Below are positions 18,013 to 28,424 of a stretch of DNA of 64,000 bases, piece by piece. Source of the stretch: a virus; IMG/VR virus record IMGVR_UViG_3300027863_001119, positions 69,381 through 133,380 of that record. One strand, 5' to 3'. Position 1 is the first letter of the stretch. Each line of letters opens with the position of its first letter. Under the pieces are notes generated by a model. That model had not been told where the DNA came from. It made no database searches and saw only the letters and a list, made by a program, of their open reading frames with translations. A program made the translations under genes and the position numbers.

Positions 18013-20616
18013 ATGTATGATTTGAATTGTCAAAAATGTGAATTATATAAAAATAGGACACAAGTAGTTCCTTCAGTAATTGTTGAAGGTTCGGAGATAT
18101 TCTTTATAGGAGAAGCTCCTGGAGTAGAAGAAGACAAGAAAGGCATTCCTTTTGTAGGAGATGCTGGAAATTTATTAAATGCGTGCTTAAGAGAGGTAGG
18201 TATTGATAGAGAGAAAGTTTCTATAGGAAATATTTGTGCATGTAGACCTCCAGATAATAGAGTTCCATTACCGAAAGAGGTTGAAAGCTGTTTTGAATTT
18301 TTAGAACAAGATATTTTAAGTTTAAAACCAAAAGTTATTGTTACTTTAGGTAATACTCCTCTTAAAAAGTTTTTAAAAGGAGTAGGGGGTATAACAAGAG
18401 TACATGGTAAGATATTTGATTGTGAAGAATATAATTGTAAGATTATCCCATTATTTCATCCTGCTTATATACTTAGAAATCCTCAAGAAAGAACTAAATT
18501 TACTAATGATTTAAGAACTGTAAAAGATTTTTTGCAAGGTAAAATTAAAATAGAAAATGAATCTCCTGTTGATTATAAAGTTGTTACGAATTTAGCACAA
18601 TTTGATTGGTTAGTTTCTCAATTACACGAAAATGATTTGTGGGCTTTCGATATTGAGACCACTGGTTTAGATTTTATGAAAGATGAGATTTTTATACTTA
18701 CATTTTCTTGGATGGAGAATACCGGAGTACTAATTGATTTAAGAATTTTAACACAAAAAATAGATAAAGATTATATTTTTGATAAGTTGAAAGAAGTTTT
18801 TGAAAATAATTCTAAAAAGATTGCACATAATGGATCTTTTGATATTGAATTTCTTTTATCTCGAGGTATTATAGTTAATAATTATTATTGTGATACTATT
18901 TTGATGGATCACTTACTCGATGAAAATAGTCCACATGGTTTGGAAGTTCTTTCAGAAAAGTACACAGATTTAGGAAGATATGATATTCCTCTTAATCAAT
19001 ATAAGTTACAAAATAAAATATCTAATTATTCTGATATTCCAGGAGAAATTTTGTATCTATATGCTCTTAAAGATGTTGATTGTACTTTAAGATCTTATAA
19101 CAAAATGTTACCTGAGATATATGAACAAAAACTTGATTTTGTATTGTTTGAGATAATGATGCCTATGCAGAGAATTTTGATTCAAACTGAATTTTGCGGG
19201 GTTAGTATAGATATTGATTATTTAAATAAAACTATTGAGAAGTATGAAAAGAAAATGGAAGAGTATTTACAAAAAATTTATGAAGTACCTCAGGTAAAAC
19301 AATTTGAATTAGAAAAGACTAATGAAAAAATAAAAGAACTATATGAAAAATGGGAAAGTTCTGCTTTTTTACAAAAAAGATTTCCTAATTTTGAAGATTA
19401 TTTAGAGTTTAAGAAAGAGGAAACAAGATTTGTTTTTAACATTAATTCTCCTAAACAATTAAAAGAACTTCTTATAGAGAAGATGAAGTTACCTATAATA
19501 AAAACTACTGTTAAGAATAATCCTAGTTTAGATGACGAAGTATTATTAGAGTATTCTAAAGCTAATAAGTTTTGCGAATACTTAGCAAAATATCGTACTT
19601 TGTCTCATCTTAAAAGTACTTTTCTTGATGGTATTAAGAAAAGATTAGTAGGAGATAAAGTTCATACAGATTATTTATTGTTTGGGACAGTTACTGGTAG
19701 ACCGAGTTCTAGAAATCCTAATTTAAATAACATTCCGCGTACTGGAACTGCAGAGGATATTAAAGATATTTTTTGTGCGGATCGTTATGAGGATGGAACG
19801 TCAGATTGGTTAGTAGAAGTAGACCAAGGTCAAGCAGAATTTAGAATATGGATTAATTACAGTAAAGATCCACAAGCTTTAAGAGATTTACAAAATGGAA
19901 TAGATATTCATAAATTAATGGCAGCTGCTGCTTATAAAAAAGTGCCTATACCTAATAGAGATATTTCATACGAAGAATTTTTAGAAATTACGAAAGATGT
20001 TACAAAAGCAGAAAGACAAGATACGAAGTTGATAATATTTGGAATAATGTATGGGAGAGGTGCGAAGAGTGTATCAGAACAATTAGGAGTTTCTCCTTCA
20101 TTAGCTCAACGTATTATTGATACTTTTTTTAATCGATATAAAGTAGCAAAGAAATGGCTTGCAGTAACCACCGCTTTAGCAAAGAGAGATGGATATGTTG
20201 TTAATTTATTTGGAAGAAGGAGGAGACTTTTAAATATAAATAGTTCGAATCAAGGTCTAAGAGCAGAAGCAGAAAGACAATCAATAAATAGCCCTATACA
20301 GAGTGCTGCTTCTGATTTAACATTTTTGTCTTGCGTAAAAGTATTTAGAGAGATAAGAAAAAGAAGCTTGAGATCAAGACTTGTCTTAACTGTATATGAT
20401 TCTTTAGTATTTAATGTTCCAGATGATGAATTAGAATTCGTTTCTAAACTTTTGTATAATAAAATGTTGAATCCCGAAGTTTCTGATTTAATTGTTCCTT
20501 TATCTCCAGAAATTAAAATAGGAAAATCTTGGGGGTCTTTAGTTGAGGTAGATTTAACTAAAGATTGGAGCATTATTAGAGAAATGTTAAGAGAAAAGTT
20601 TGAATTTCATAAATAA
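18013..20616 (+). CDS. polA: Family A DNA polymerase with N-terminal family-4 uracil-DNA glycosylase domain and 3'-5' exonuclease
   Basis: UDG: CQKC, GEAPG, PFVG, CRPPDNR, HPAYILR. Exonuclease: DIETTG, HNGSFD, YALKD. Polymerase: TGRPSS.NPNL, DQGQAE, R...K...FG..YG, NSPIQS. Confidence 0.95.
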   Translation: MYDLNCQKCELYKNRTQVVPSVIVEGSEIFFIGEAPGVEEDKKGIPFVGDAGNLLNACLREVGIDREKVSIGNICACRPPDNRVPLPKEVESCFEFLEQDILSLKPKVIVTLGNTPLKKFLKGVGGITRVHGKIFDCEEYNCKIIPLFHPAYILRNPQERTKFTNDLRTVKDFLQGKIKIENESPVDYKVVTNLAQFDWLVSQLHENDLWAFDIETTGLDFMKDEIFILTFSWMENTGVLIDLRILTQKIDKDYIFDKLKEVFENNSKKIAHNGSFDIEFLLSRGIIVNNYYCDTILMDHLLDENSPHGLEVLSEKYTDLGRYDIPLNQYKLQNKISNYSDIPGEILYLYALKDVDCTLRSYNKMLPEIYEQKLDFVLFEIMMPMQRILIQTEFCGVSIDIDYLNKTIEKYEKKMEEYLQKIYEVPQVKQFELEKTNEKIKELYEKWESSAFLQKRFPNFEDYLEFKKEETRFVFNINSPKQLKELLIEKMKLPIIKTTVKNNPSLDDEVLLEYSKANKFCEYLAKYRTLSHLKSTFLDGIKKRLVGDKVHTDYLLFGTVTGRPSSRNPNLNNIPRTGTAEDIKDIFCADRYEDGTSDWLVEVDQGQAEFRIWINYSKDPQALRDLQNGIDIHKLMAAAAYKKVPIPNRDISYEEFLEITKDVTKAERQDTKLIIFGIMYGRGAKSVSEQLGVSPSLAQRIIDTFFNRYKVAKKWLAVTTALAKRDGYVVNLFGRRRRLLNINSSNQGLRAEAERQSINSPIQSAASDLTFLSCVKVFREIRKRSLRSRLVLTVYDSLVFNVPDDELEFVSKLLYNKMLNPEVSDLIVPLSPEIKIGKSWGSLVEVDLTKDWSIIREMLREKFEFHK

Positions 20617-20644
20617 CTTATTTTTATTAATAAATTAAAGGAGA

Positions 20645-21154
20645 ATGACTATGGGAAAAATAACAGTAGGAGAAAGGAAGAACATTTTACAGAAAGATGT
20701 TAAGCCTTCTCAGACAGAGTTAAAAAATGATGCTTTTTTAGAGGAAAAAGCCAAAGCAACTAACTCAGATTTAGATGATATTTATTTAGATGATGAAGTT
20801 ATAGATGATGAAGTTATAGATGAAGATGATGTAGATAATTATTTAGACGATGATGATGAAGATGTAGAAGAAATGGAAGAGTATAAAAATCAATTTTCTA
20901 ATACTACAACAACTGAATTTGAAAGTAAGATAGAGGTTCCGTCCTCGAGCAGTTTTTCTTTATCCATTGAGGAGCTTAAAGAGTTTATTTTTAATACTGC
21001 TGGGTCTTTTTATGCTACTTATGTTTCTCATTTTCATCCTTCTCAATTAGCTAAAGGAGGAGATTCTATTAGAAGAGATGCAGCTAAAGAGATTATTGCT
21101 TTTTCTAAAATTCTTTTAGAAGAATTATCTAAAGAAATGAGAAACAAAAAATAA
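20645..21154 (+). CDS. Hypothetical protein with a long acidic tract
   Basis: DDIYLDDEVIDDEVIDEDDVDNYLDDDDEDVEE; GGAG RBS. Confidence 0.75.
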   Translation: MTMGKITVGERKNILQKDVKPSQTELKNDAFLEEKAKATNSDLDDIYLDDEVIDDEVIDEDDVDNYLDDDDEDVEEMEEYKNQFSNTTTTEFESKIEVPSSSSFSLSIEELKEFIFNTAGSFYATYVSHFHPSQLAKGGDSIRRDAAKEIIAFSKILLEELSKEMRNKK

Positions 21155-21196
21155 TAGTTTGTTTAGTTTTTAATAAATTAAGGAGAAATCTTTGTT

Positions 21197-22834
21197 ATGA
21201 AACAAAGAAATATTGTTTATGAAGATGCTCTAATTAAGTTGAAAAAAGGTGTAGATTATTTAGCAAATATTGTAAAATGTACTTTAGGACCTAAAGGCAA
21301 TAATGTAATTATAGAAAGACCCGGATTATCTCCCTTGATTACTAAAGATGGGGTTACTGTTGCAAAAGAAGTGTTTGTTAAAGATGGAATTGAAAATTTA
21401 GGAGCTCAGATCGTTAAAGAAGCTGCATTAAAAACTAATGAAATAGCAGGAGATGGAACTACAACCGCAACAGTATTGTCCCATTCTTTGATTACTTATG
21501 GTATTAAGAATATAGTAGCTGGTGCGAATCCTATAGATTTGAAAAGAGGTATGGATATTGGAGTAAAGATGGTAGTGAGTCGTTTGCAAGAAATTTCTCG
21601 AAAAATAGAAAGTAGAGAAGACTTAATTAATGTTGCTAGTATATCCGCAAACAATGATTATGAGATAGGAGAAATTATTACAGATGCTATTGAAAAAGCG
21701 GGAGAAGATGGAGTTGTAATTGTAGAAGAGAGTAAAGGACCTCAAACTATCATAGATGTTGCGGAGGGAATGCAGTTTGATCGAGGATATAAATCAATAG
21801 GATTTATTAATAAAAAAGATAGTATGGAAGTAGAATTAAAAAATTGTTATATATTGATATATAATGATATTCTTAATAATATGTACTTAAAACAAATAAT
21901 GGAAGAGGTGTATCATAAAGGAAATTCTTCTTTATTAGTAATTGCAAATGATTTTAGTGATGACATACTCAAATTATTATTGTTGAATAGTGTTAAAGGG
22001 GTTTTGAATTGTTGTGCAGTATTATCTCCTGGATATGGAGACAGAAGAACAGACTTGCTTAATGATATCGCTGTTTTTACTGGAGGGACTGTGTTTGGAG
22101 ATGTTGTTCCTATAACTCAAGCTACTACTTCTATTTTAGGGAAAGCAGAAAAAGTTGTTGTTAGTAAAGATAGAACTATTATTTTCGGAGGAAAAGGAGA
22201 TCCAAAAAAGATTCAAGAAACTATTGAACAAATAAAGACACAAATTAATAACACGGAAATAGAATATGATAAACAAAAATTAAGAGAGAGATTAGGTAAG
22301 TTAACAGGAGGCATTGTTGTATTAAGAGTAGGTGCATTTACAGAAACTGAATTAAAAGAAAAGAAAATGCGGATAGAAGATGCATTACATGCAACGTCCG
22401 CGGCATTAGAAGAAGGTATTGTCGCAGGAGGCGGGGTAGCTTTGTTAAGAGCAAGAGAAGTTTTGAAAGATTTAAGTGACGTAAAGTTTGTTAAAGGAAG
22501 CATTGAGGATCAAAAAATAGGGATAAATATTTTGTATAATTCTTTAGAGATTCCTTTTCTAAGTATATGTGAGAATGCAGGATTAAAAGGAGATGCGATT
22601 TTAAAAGAAGTTTTAGACTCTAAAAATATAAATTTTGGGTATGATGTTTTGAATAATACTTTTGGGGATTTATTTGAAATAGGAGTGATTGATCCTGTAA
22701 AAGTAACAAGACTTTCTTTAGAAAACGCAGTTTCTGTTGCGGGTATGTTTTTGACTACTAAAGGTATTATATCTTTATCAGACGAAGAGAAAGATTATAT
22801 TGATAGACTTTTTACTCAGTCAGCGCAATCTTGA
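21197..22834 (+). CDS. groEL: GroEL-like chaperonin
   Basis: TLGPKG, ITKDGVTVA, AGDGTTTAT, EGMQFDRGY, PGYGDRR, EDALHAT, GGGVAL, GVIDP. Confidence 0.96.
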   Translation: MKQRNIVYEDALIKLKKGVDYLANIVKCTLGPKGNNVIIERPGLSPLITKDGVTVAKEVFVKDGIENLGAQIVKEAALKTNEIAGDGTTTATVLSHSLITYGIKNIVAGANPIDLKRGMDIGVKMVVSRLQEISRKIESREDLINVASISANNDYEIGEIITDAIEKAGEDGVVIVEESKGPQTIIDVAEGMQFDRGYKSIGFINKKDSMEVELKNCYILIYNDILNNMYLKQIMEEVYHKGNSSLLVIANDFSDDILKLLLLNSVKGVLNCCAVLSPGYGDRRTDLLNDIAVFTGGTVFGDVVPITQATTSILGKAEKVVVSKDRTIIFGGKGDPKKIQETIEQIKTQINNTEIEYDKQKLRERLGKLTGGIVVLRVGAFTETELKEKKMRIEDALHATSAALEEGIVAGGGVALLRAREVLKDLSDVKFVKGSIEDQKIGINILYNSLEIPFLSICENAGLKGDAILKEVLDSKNINFGYDVLNNTFGDLFEIGVIDPVKVTRLSLENAVSVAGMFLTTKGIISLSDEEKDYIDRLFTQSAQS

Positions 22835-22855
22835 TTTTATATTCAGAGACATACT

Positions 22856-23656
22856 ATGAATTTGGATGCTTTATTTAAACATTATAAAGATGCTGTTTTA
22901 TCTTTGAATCATTTAGCGAATTTTTATAGGAAGTCTCTCTTTCACAGTCAAAAAGGATTAGATTATTGTAGTAAAAGGGGAATTGATAGTAATATGATTG
23001 ATAAATTTTTGATTGGTTATGATCCTGGAATTGTATACAATAAGAACTTTTTTGAGACTTATCAAATAGATCCAATTCTTTTAGAAAGAATAGGAGTTTT
23101 GAAAAAAAATAATGATAATGTTTATCATAGTTTTTTTTCTCATCATTTAATTTTTCCTATTTTTGATTTAAAGGGAAATGTAATAGCAATATGTGGTAGA
23201 ACATTAGATAATTCTTTACCAAAATATCGTATGACTAAAACTTCTGAAATTTTTCAAAAATCTTTATCTTTATATGGTTTATATCAGTCTTTAAATTCTA
23301 TTATCAAATACAGAACCGTATTTGTTGTAGAGGGCAATGTAGATGTAATTTCTTGTTATAAAGCAGGTATTCATATTGTAGTGTCTCCTTTTGGAACGTC
23401 TTTTATGTATACTCATTTTTTATTGTTGAAAACTTTTGCAGATTACTTTATTTTTTGTTTTGATAATGATGATGCAGGAAGAAAAGCCAAACAAAAAGTT
23501 ATAGAAATGTCCAAACGTTTAGATAATATTAAATTAGGTTTTCTAGATTTAGAGGGGGCAAAAGATCCCGATGAGTTTATTTATGCACATTCATCCCACC
23601 CTCAAATGTTGATAAATAGTATCAAAGATATGAGAGATCAAATGAGCTTATCGTAG
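22856..23656 (+). CDS. dnaG: DnaG primase catalytic core (RPD + TOPRIM) lacking the Zn finger
   Basis: LIFPI....G.VIAICGR, PKY, LYGL, VVEGNVDV, FDNDDAG, KDPDE. Confidence 0.9.
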   Translation: MNLDALFKHYKDAVLSLNHLANFYRKSLFHSQKGLDYCSKRGIDSNMIDKFLIGYDPGIVYNKNFFETYQIDPILLERIGVLKKNNDNVYHSFFSHHLIFPIFDLKGNVIAICGRTLDNSLPKYRMTKTSEIFQKSLSLYGLYQSLNSIIKYRTVFVVEGNVDVISCYKAGIHIVVSPFGTSFMYTHFLLLKTFADYFIFCFDNDDAGRKAKQKVIEMSKRLDNIKLGFLDLEGAKDPDEFIYAHSSHPQMLINSIKDMRDQMSLS

Positions 23657-23753
23657 TTTATTTGTTTTATGTTGTTAAAATTTAAGGATTAAAGTTGATG
23701 AAAAAAATTAAATTTTATATAGAAGGAAAGTTAGTAATTAGCGAGGTGATTTA

Positions 23754-24599
23754 ATGATTTTAAAAAAGCAAAGAAATCTTAAAAAAGAAGATTTTTACTA
23801 CGATATAGTTGAGATTCCTATAATTGTTTCTTTTCAAGAAAAGATACAAGAATGTTTAGGAAATATACTTGTAAGAAAGAATTCTTTATTAGAAAACCCA
23901 ACAGCAGATGTTTTAACTATAGTATCTTCAAATTATAAAGTAATTCTTCACAAAGATTTTGTTGAAACTGTGGAGAATACTCTTTTTAAAGAGGGATTAA
24001 AATATGAAGTTTATGATATAAATGAAGGGGGTAAAAATAATAATAGGTTATTTATTAATTATATACTTCCTTCATATAAGTTTAGTATTAGGAATGATAC
24101 ATGGGTTCCTTTTGTGCAAGGTTATAATTGTTATGATAAATTTATGTCATATGGATTAGGGATAGGATTATATAATTTGAATTATGAAAGTGCTTTTTTA
24201 ATATCTGGTAATGTTTTAACTTATAAGAAGAAGCATGTAAAAAGAAGTGGAGTTAATTTAGAGTTTGATATGATAAAAGTATCTGAGTGGATCTCGAGTA
24301 TTGGGAAAGTAAGAAGAGCGTTAGGTTTATTATATGAGTCTTCTCTAAATACACAAGAAGATGTTGTTTTTTTGATAAAAGGTGTATTAGGAAATAGGAA
24401 ACATTTTAATATTTTTCAGTCGAATCATATCTTTGAGCGGTTTGTAGTTGAATATGGGTTTACGTATTATTCTCTTTTGTTATCTTTGATGTATTATGTG
24501 ACACATGCATATTTTTTTATTTTAAAAAAGAGGAGTTATGATGAATCTAGAAACAAACAATTATTATTGTATAATAAATTTATAAAAGATAAGGTTTAG
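23754..24599 (+). CDS. DUF932-like hypothetical protein
   Basis: VSSNYKVILH...NCYD...GIGLY pattern resembles phage DUF932 proteins. Confidence 0.5.
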   Translation: MILKKQRNLKKEDFYYDIVEIPIIVSFQEKIQECLGNILVRKNSLLENPTADVLTIVSSNYKVILHKDFVETVENTLFKEGLKYEVYDINEGGKNNNRLFINYILPSYKFSIRNDTWVPFVQGYNCYDKFMSYGLGIGLYNLNYESAFLISGNVLTYKKKHVKRSGVNLEFDMIKVSEWISSIGKVRRALGLLYESSLNTQEDVVFLIKGVLGNRKHFNIFQSNHIFERFVVEYGFTYYSLLLSLMYYVTHAYFFILKKRSYDESRNKQLLLYNKFIKDKV

Positions 24600-24604
24600 T
24601 ACAA

Positions 24605-24940
24605 ATGGATGTATATTATATAAAAGTTGGTAAAAGATATAAACCCGCAGGATTAAGTATACCCGATTTGTTTGAAGGTATTTGGTATGTTTCTTTTCAA
24701 GGAAATTCTAAAAGAGTCCAAAACGTAGTTGCGTATAGTAAAGATGTTCCGATTATTGATATTAGTAAAGAAATTACAAAAATTGAACTTGTTGAGATAA
24801 TTTATAGTTATATAGTAAAAATTTTTACTAGTTGTTCTTCTATTTGCTCTTCTACTTTACACGATTTTGCAGAAGAAATAGCAGAAGAAATTTTAAAAAA
24901 GGTAACTAAGAAAAAACATAATAAAGAGGTAAAATTATGA
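24605..24940 (+). CDS. Hypothetical protein
   Basis: 111-aa ORF overlapping the recA start (ATGA). Confidence 0.7.
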   Translation: MDVYYIKVGKRYKPAGLSIPDLFEGIWYVSFQGNSKRVQNVVAYSKDVPIIDISKEITKIELVEIIYSYIVKIFTSCSSICSSTLHDFAEEIAEEILKKVTKKKHNKEVKL

Positions 24941-25995
24941 CAGATGTAAACAGAATAAAAATTTTGAATGATACTATTGCTTCTATTGAAAAAATGTTTG
25001 GGAAAGGTTCCATAATGAGGTTAGGAGAATCAAAAATAGAAAAAATTGAATCAATTTCTACTGGATGTATTTCTCTTGATTATGCTTTAGGAGTAGGAGG
25101 CATTCCAAGAGGTAGAATTATTGAAATTTTTGGTCCTCAAAGTGGAGGTAAAACAACAATAAGCTTACATATTTTAGCAGAGTGTCAAAAATCAGGAGGG
25201 GTGGCTGCTTTTATAGATGCGGAACATTCTTTAAGTGTAGATTATGCAAAATCTATTGGAGTAAATGTTGATAGTTTATTACTATCCCAACCAGATTATG
25301 GAGAACAAGCTCTCGAAATTGTAGAAGCTTTGATTAGATCAGGCGCAATTGACGCAATTGTTGTAGATAGCGTTGCAGCGTTGACTCCAAAAGACGAATT
25401 AGAAGGAAATATGGGTGATTTACAAGTCGCATTACAAGCACGATTAATGTCTCAAGCTTTAAGAAAACTAGTTGCTTTGACTTCTAAGAGTAAAGCTTGT
25501 TTAATATTTATTAATCAACTTAGAGATAATATTGGACAAATGTGGGGTAATGCAGAAGTTACTCCTGGAGGTAATGCGCTTAAGTTTTATTCTTCTATAA
25601 GAATTGATGTTAGAAGAATTTCTAGTATTAAACAAGGAGATTCAGTATTAGGTAATAAAACAAGAATTAAAATTGTTAAGAATAAAGTAGCTCCTCCTTT
25701 TAAAGAGATTACTGTAGATATTATTTTCGGTAAAGGTATAGATTATATACAAGATATTATTGATTTATCTATTTCTTATGATTTAATAAAAAAGATAGGA
25801 GGAGGGTGGTATATTTTTAAAGATAAAAAAGTACAAGGTAGTTCTTTTAAGAAGTATTTAGAAGAAAATCCTCAAGACTTAGATCAATTAAAATCTGAAT
25901 TAATTAATAAGATAGAATCTTCCAGAATTCCTAAAAAAGATGCAATTGAAGTTTCAGAAGATCATCAGAAGGAGGTAAATGATGTCGAAGATTAA
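24937..25995 (+). CDS. recA: RecA recombinase
   Basis: [55 protein letters not shown]. Confidence 0.98.
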   Translation: MTDVNRIKILNDTIASIEKMFGKGSIMRLGESKIEKIESISTGCISLDYALGVGGIPRGRIIEIFGPQSGGKTTISLHILAECQKSGGVAAFIDAEHSLSVDYAKSIGVNVDSLLLSQPDYGEQALEIVEALIRSGAIDAIVVDSVAALTPKDELEGNMGDLQVALQARLMSQALRKLVALTSKSKACLIFINQLRDNIGQMWGNAEVTPGGNALKFYSSIRIDVRRISSIKQGDSVLGNKTRIKIVKNKVAPPFKEITVDIIFGKGIDYIQDIIDLSISYDLIKKIGGGWYIFKDKKVQGSSFKKYLEENPQDLDQLKSELINKIESSRIPKKDAIEVSEDHQKEVNDVED

Positions 25996-26572
25996 ACTAT
26001 CAGAGAATTTTGTAAAGGAAATTAATTATCCTATTAAAGAATATGAAGAAGATCTTGTCTTTTTAATAAAAGAAATACAAGAAAGACAGAGTATGATTTA
26101 TAAAGTTCCATATGAAGAACTAGACGAGATTAACGTGGTTTTAGATTCAGTTCCAGAAGAAAGTATTGATAAGTTTAATGAGAAGTACTCTTATATTCAA
26201 GCTTGTTATAATAGAGTATCTTATATTTTAATGCAAGTAAAGAAAGAAATGAAGATATGGAATTACTTTAGAAATAGAGTTAATACATTGTATAGAAAAG
26301 CGAAAAATTTATTATTAGTTAATAATCCAGATATTAAAAATTTGAGGAATAAAGAATTACAAGAAGCAGCAATACAATCAGAACTAAGCGCATTAGTAGA
26401 CTTAGTAGAAGGTTTAGACTCGATTATGGAAGATTTAAAGTTTGATTCTGATATTGTAACTCTTAAATTAGATACATTAGATAAAGCAAATTTGAATCTT
26501 AATAGACAACAAAAAATTGTAGAAAATGAAATTATGTTAGGTATGATTCCCGGAGTACGACAAAAAGAATAA
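25979..26572 (+). CDS. Helical hypothetical protein (possible recombination mediator)
   Basis: Coiled-coil-like ORF overlapping recA. Function inferred from position only. Confidence 0.55.
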   Translation: MMSKIKLSENFVKEINYPIKEYEEDLVFLIKEIQERQSMIYKVPYEELDEINVVLDSVPEESIDKFNEKYSYIQACYNRVSYILMQVKKEMKIWNYFRNRVNTLYRKAKNLLLVNNPDIKNLRNKELQEAAIQSELSALVDLVEGLDSIMEDLKFDSDIVTLKLDTLDKANLNLNRQQKIVENEIMLGMIPGVRQKE

Positions 26573-26677
26573 GACAAATTTGTATAATATATTTTAAATA
26601 ATTTTTTAGAAATCAAAATAAACGCTATTTTGATTATATAATTAAAAAAATCAATTAACAAAAAAAGGAGATATAAT

Positions 26678-27241
26678 ATGGCAATTATCAAAATTAAAGA
26701 AGGTTATGAAATAAAACCAGAGGGATTGTACGTACTTAGAGTTAACAAAATAGATGTGCGTACATCAGAAAGAGGTGTTACTGCAGGAAGTCAATTTTTA
26801 GTTTGGGAGGATATTATAGTAGAATCTCCCGACCATCCAGAGTTAGTTGGAGATACTTTTACTCATTCTACTCCTGCAGGGTGTTCTCCTAAGTCAAAAT
26901 ATTATAAGGTATTTCAATCTGTAGGGATGTCTATTCCTGAAGGACAAAAGGAAATTGAATTTGATACAGATGAATTAATAGGGAAAGAATTTGTTGCAGA
27001 TGTTATAGTTGTTAAAGTAAACGACCAAGAAAGAAATGATTTTAAAAATGTATGGAGTATAGAAGAATTTCAAGAACAACAAAGAAAAGCTACACAAATC
27101 TTTAATAAGAAATTAGGAGGTGTTTCTAAAGAAACATGGGGTAGAATAAGTGCACAATCTTCTCCTAATTCAACGACTTCTGATAATAAGGATACGAAAC
27201 CTTCTTCAGATAAAAAATCAGTATTTAATTTTCCAGTATAA
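26678..27241 (+). CDS. Probable single-stranded DNA-binding protein (DUF669-like)
   Basis: PEGLY.L.V, FDTDELIGKEF, low-complexity tail ending FNFPV; strong RBS. Confidence 0.6.
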   Translation: MAIIKIKEGYEIKPEGLYVLRVNKIDVRTSERGVTAGSQFLVWEDIIVESPDHPELVGDTFTHSTPAGCSPKSKYYKVFQSVGMSIPEGQKEIEFDTDELIGKEFVADVIVVKVNDQERNDFKNVWSIEEFQEQQRKATQIFNKKLGGVSKETWGRISAQSSPNSTTSDNKDTKPSSDKKSVFNFPV

Positions 27242-27253
27242 TTATTTTAGATT

Positions 27254-27772
27254 ATGAAAAAAGGTAAAGGGAAATTAAAAGGGTCTTCTTTCGAAAGAAG
27301 AATCTCAAAAATATTTGATATGTGGTGGAACGTTCCACCACATACTTTTTGGAGAAGTGTTAATAGTGGTGGAAATTGGGAGCCAGGAGATATTGTCCCG
27401 AGAGATCGTTCTATAAATTTTCCCTTTATAGTAGAATGTAAGTTTTATAAGCAATGGGATTTTCTAAAATTCTTTAAAAATTACAAAAAGAGTTTGATTT
27501 ATAGTTGGTGGAGTCAAATTACCGAAACTAAAATGAAATTTGATAAAGAAAATATCAAAAAGAGATTATTAATTATTAAGTTTAATAATTATCCTGTGTT
27601 ATGTGTGTATGCGTTAGAAGATTTCCCAAATTATGATAAGTTTTCTATAGTGATACCTTCTTTTTATTTAGAGAATGGTTTTAATGATTCTTTATGTATT
27701 ACTCTGTTAGAGGACTTTATAAAATTTTATAATCCTAAGGAATTTTTAAATACAAAAATAAAGGAGAAATAA
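27254..27772 (+). CDS. PD-(D/E)xK Holliday-junction-resolvase-like nuclease
   Basis: KGSSFER, SGG, GDI, VECK. Confidence 0.78.
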   Translation: MKKGKGKLKGSSFERRISKIFDMWWNVPPHTFWRSVNSGGNWEPGDIVPRDRSINFPFIVECKFYKQWDFLKFFKNYKKSLIYSWWSQITETKMKFDKENIKKRLLIIKFNNYPVLCVYALEDFPNYDKFSIVIPSFYLENGFNDSLCITLLEDFIKFYNPKEFLNTKIKEK

Positions 27773-27773
27773 A

Positions 27774-28415
27774 ATGCCTTTTCTTGTGTTTGATATAGAA
27801 ACTTTTCCTATAACTCATGATAAAAAGTTAGAAACTCTTGTTAGATATAAAGTAAGAAATGTTCCAGAAGAAGAAAAGGAAGAAAAGATAAAGTCTTATT
27901 GTTTTCATGAACCTCAATACTCTCGAGTTATATGTATTTCTTATTTAATTTCTATAGATGGAGAAAATATTGCATATAAAGATACTTTTTTTTCAAGAGA
28001 AGATGAGGAATCTCTTATAAGGAATTTTATTAGTGTAGTAGAAGATTTTGAAAATACCTATAGAGGAGTATATGTAACTTATAATGGAATTGATTTTGAT
28101 GTCCCATATTTGTTATACAAATGTGCTTTATATAATATAAATCCTCCTCAAAGGTTTTGTAATTTAATAAGATTTCGTAATAATCCTCACTACGATGTAA
28201 TGCAGGTTATGACTAATTGGGGTAAGTTTAAGATTTCTTTACAAGAGATGTGTTATTCTTTTGGAGTAATTGATCCTAAAGAAATAAAAGAAGATGGAGA
28301 AAGCACTTTAGATTTTATGTTGAGAGCTACTGATGAAGAAATTATTTTGTATAACACAAGAGATGTAGATTCTTTGTTTTCTTTGTATAAACAAATAAGT
28401 AAGATATTTCAGTAA
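27774..28415 (+). CDS. DEDDy 3'-5' exonuclease (PolB exo2-like)
   Basis: FDIET, YNGIDFDVPYL, HYD, YNTRDV. Confidence 0.85.
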   Translation: MPFLVFDIETFPITHDKKLETLVRYKVRNVPEEEKEEKIKSYCFHEPQYSRVICISYLISIDGENIAYKDTFFSREDEESLIRNFISVVEDFENTYRGVYVTYNGIDFDVPYLLYKCALYNINPPQRFCNLIRFRNNPHYDVMQVMTNWGKFKISLQEMCYSFGVIDPKEIKEDGESTLDFMLRATDEEIILYNTRDVDSLFSLYKQISKIFQ

Positions 28416-28424
28416 ATTAGTGAG

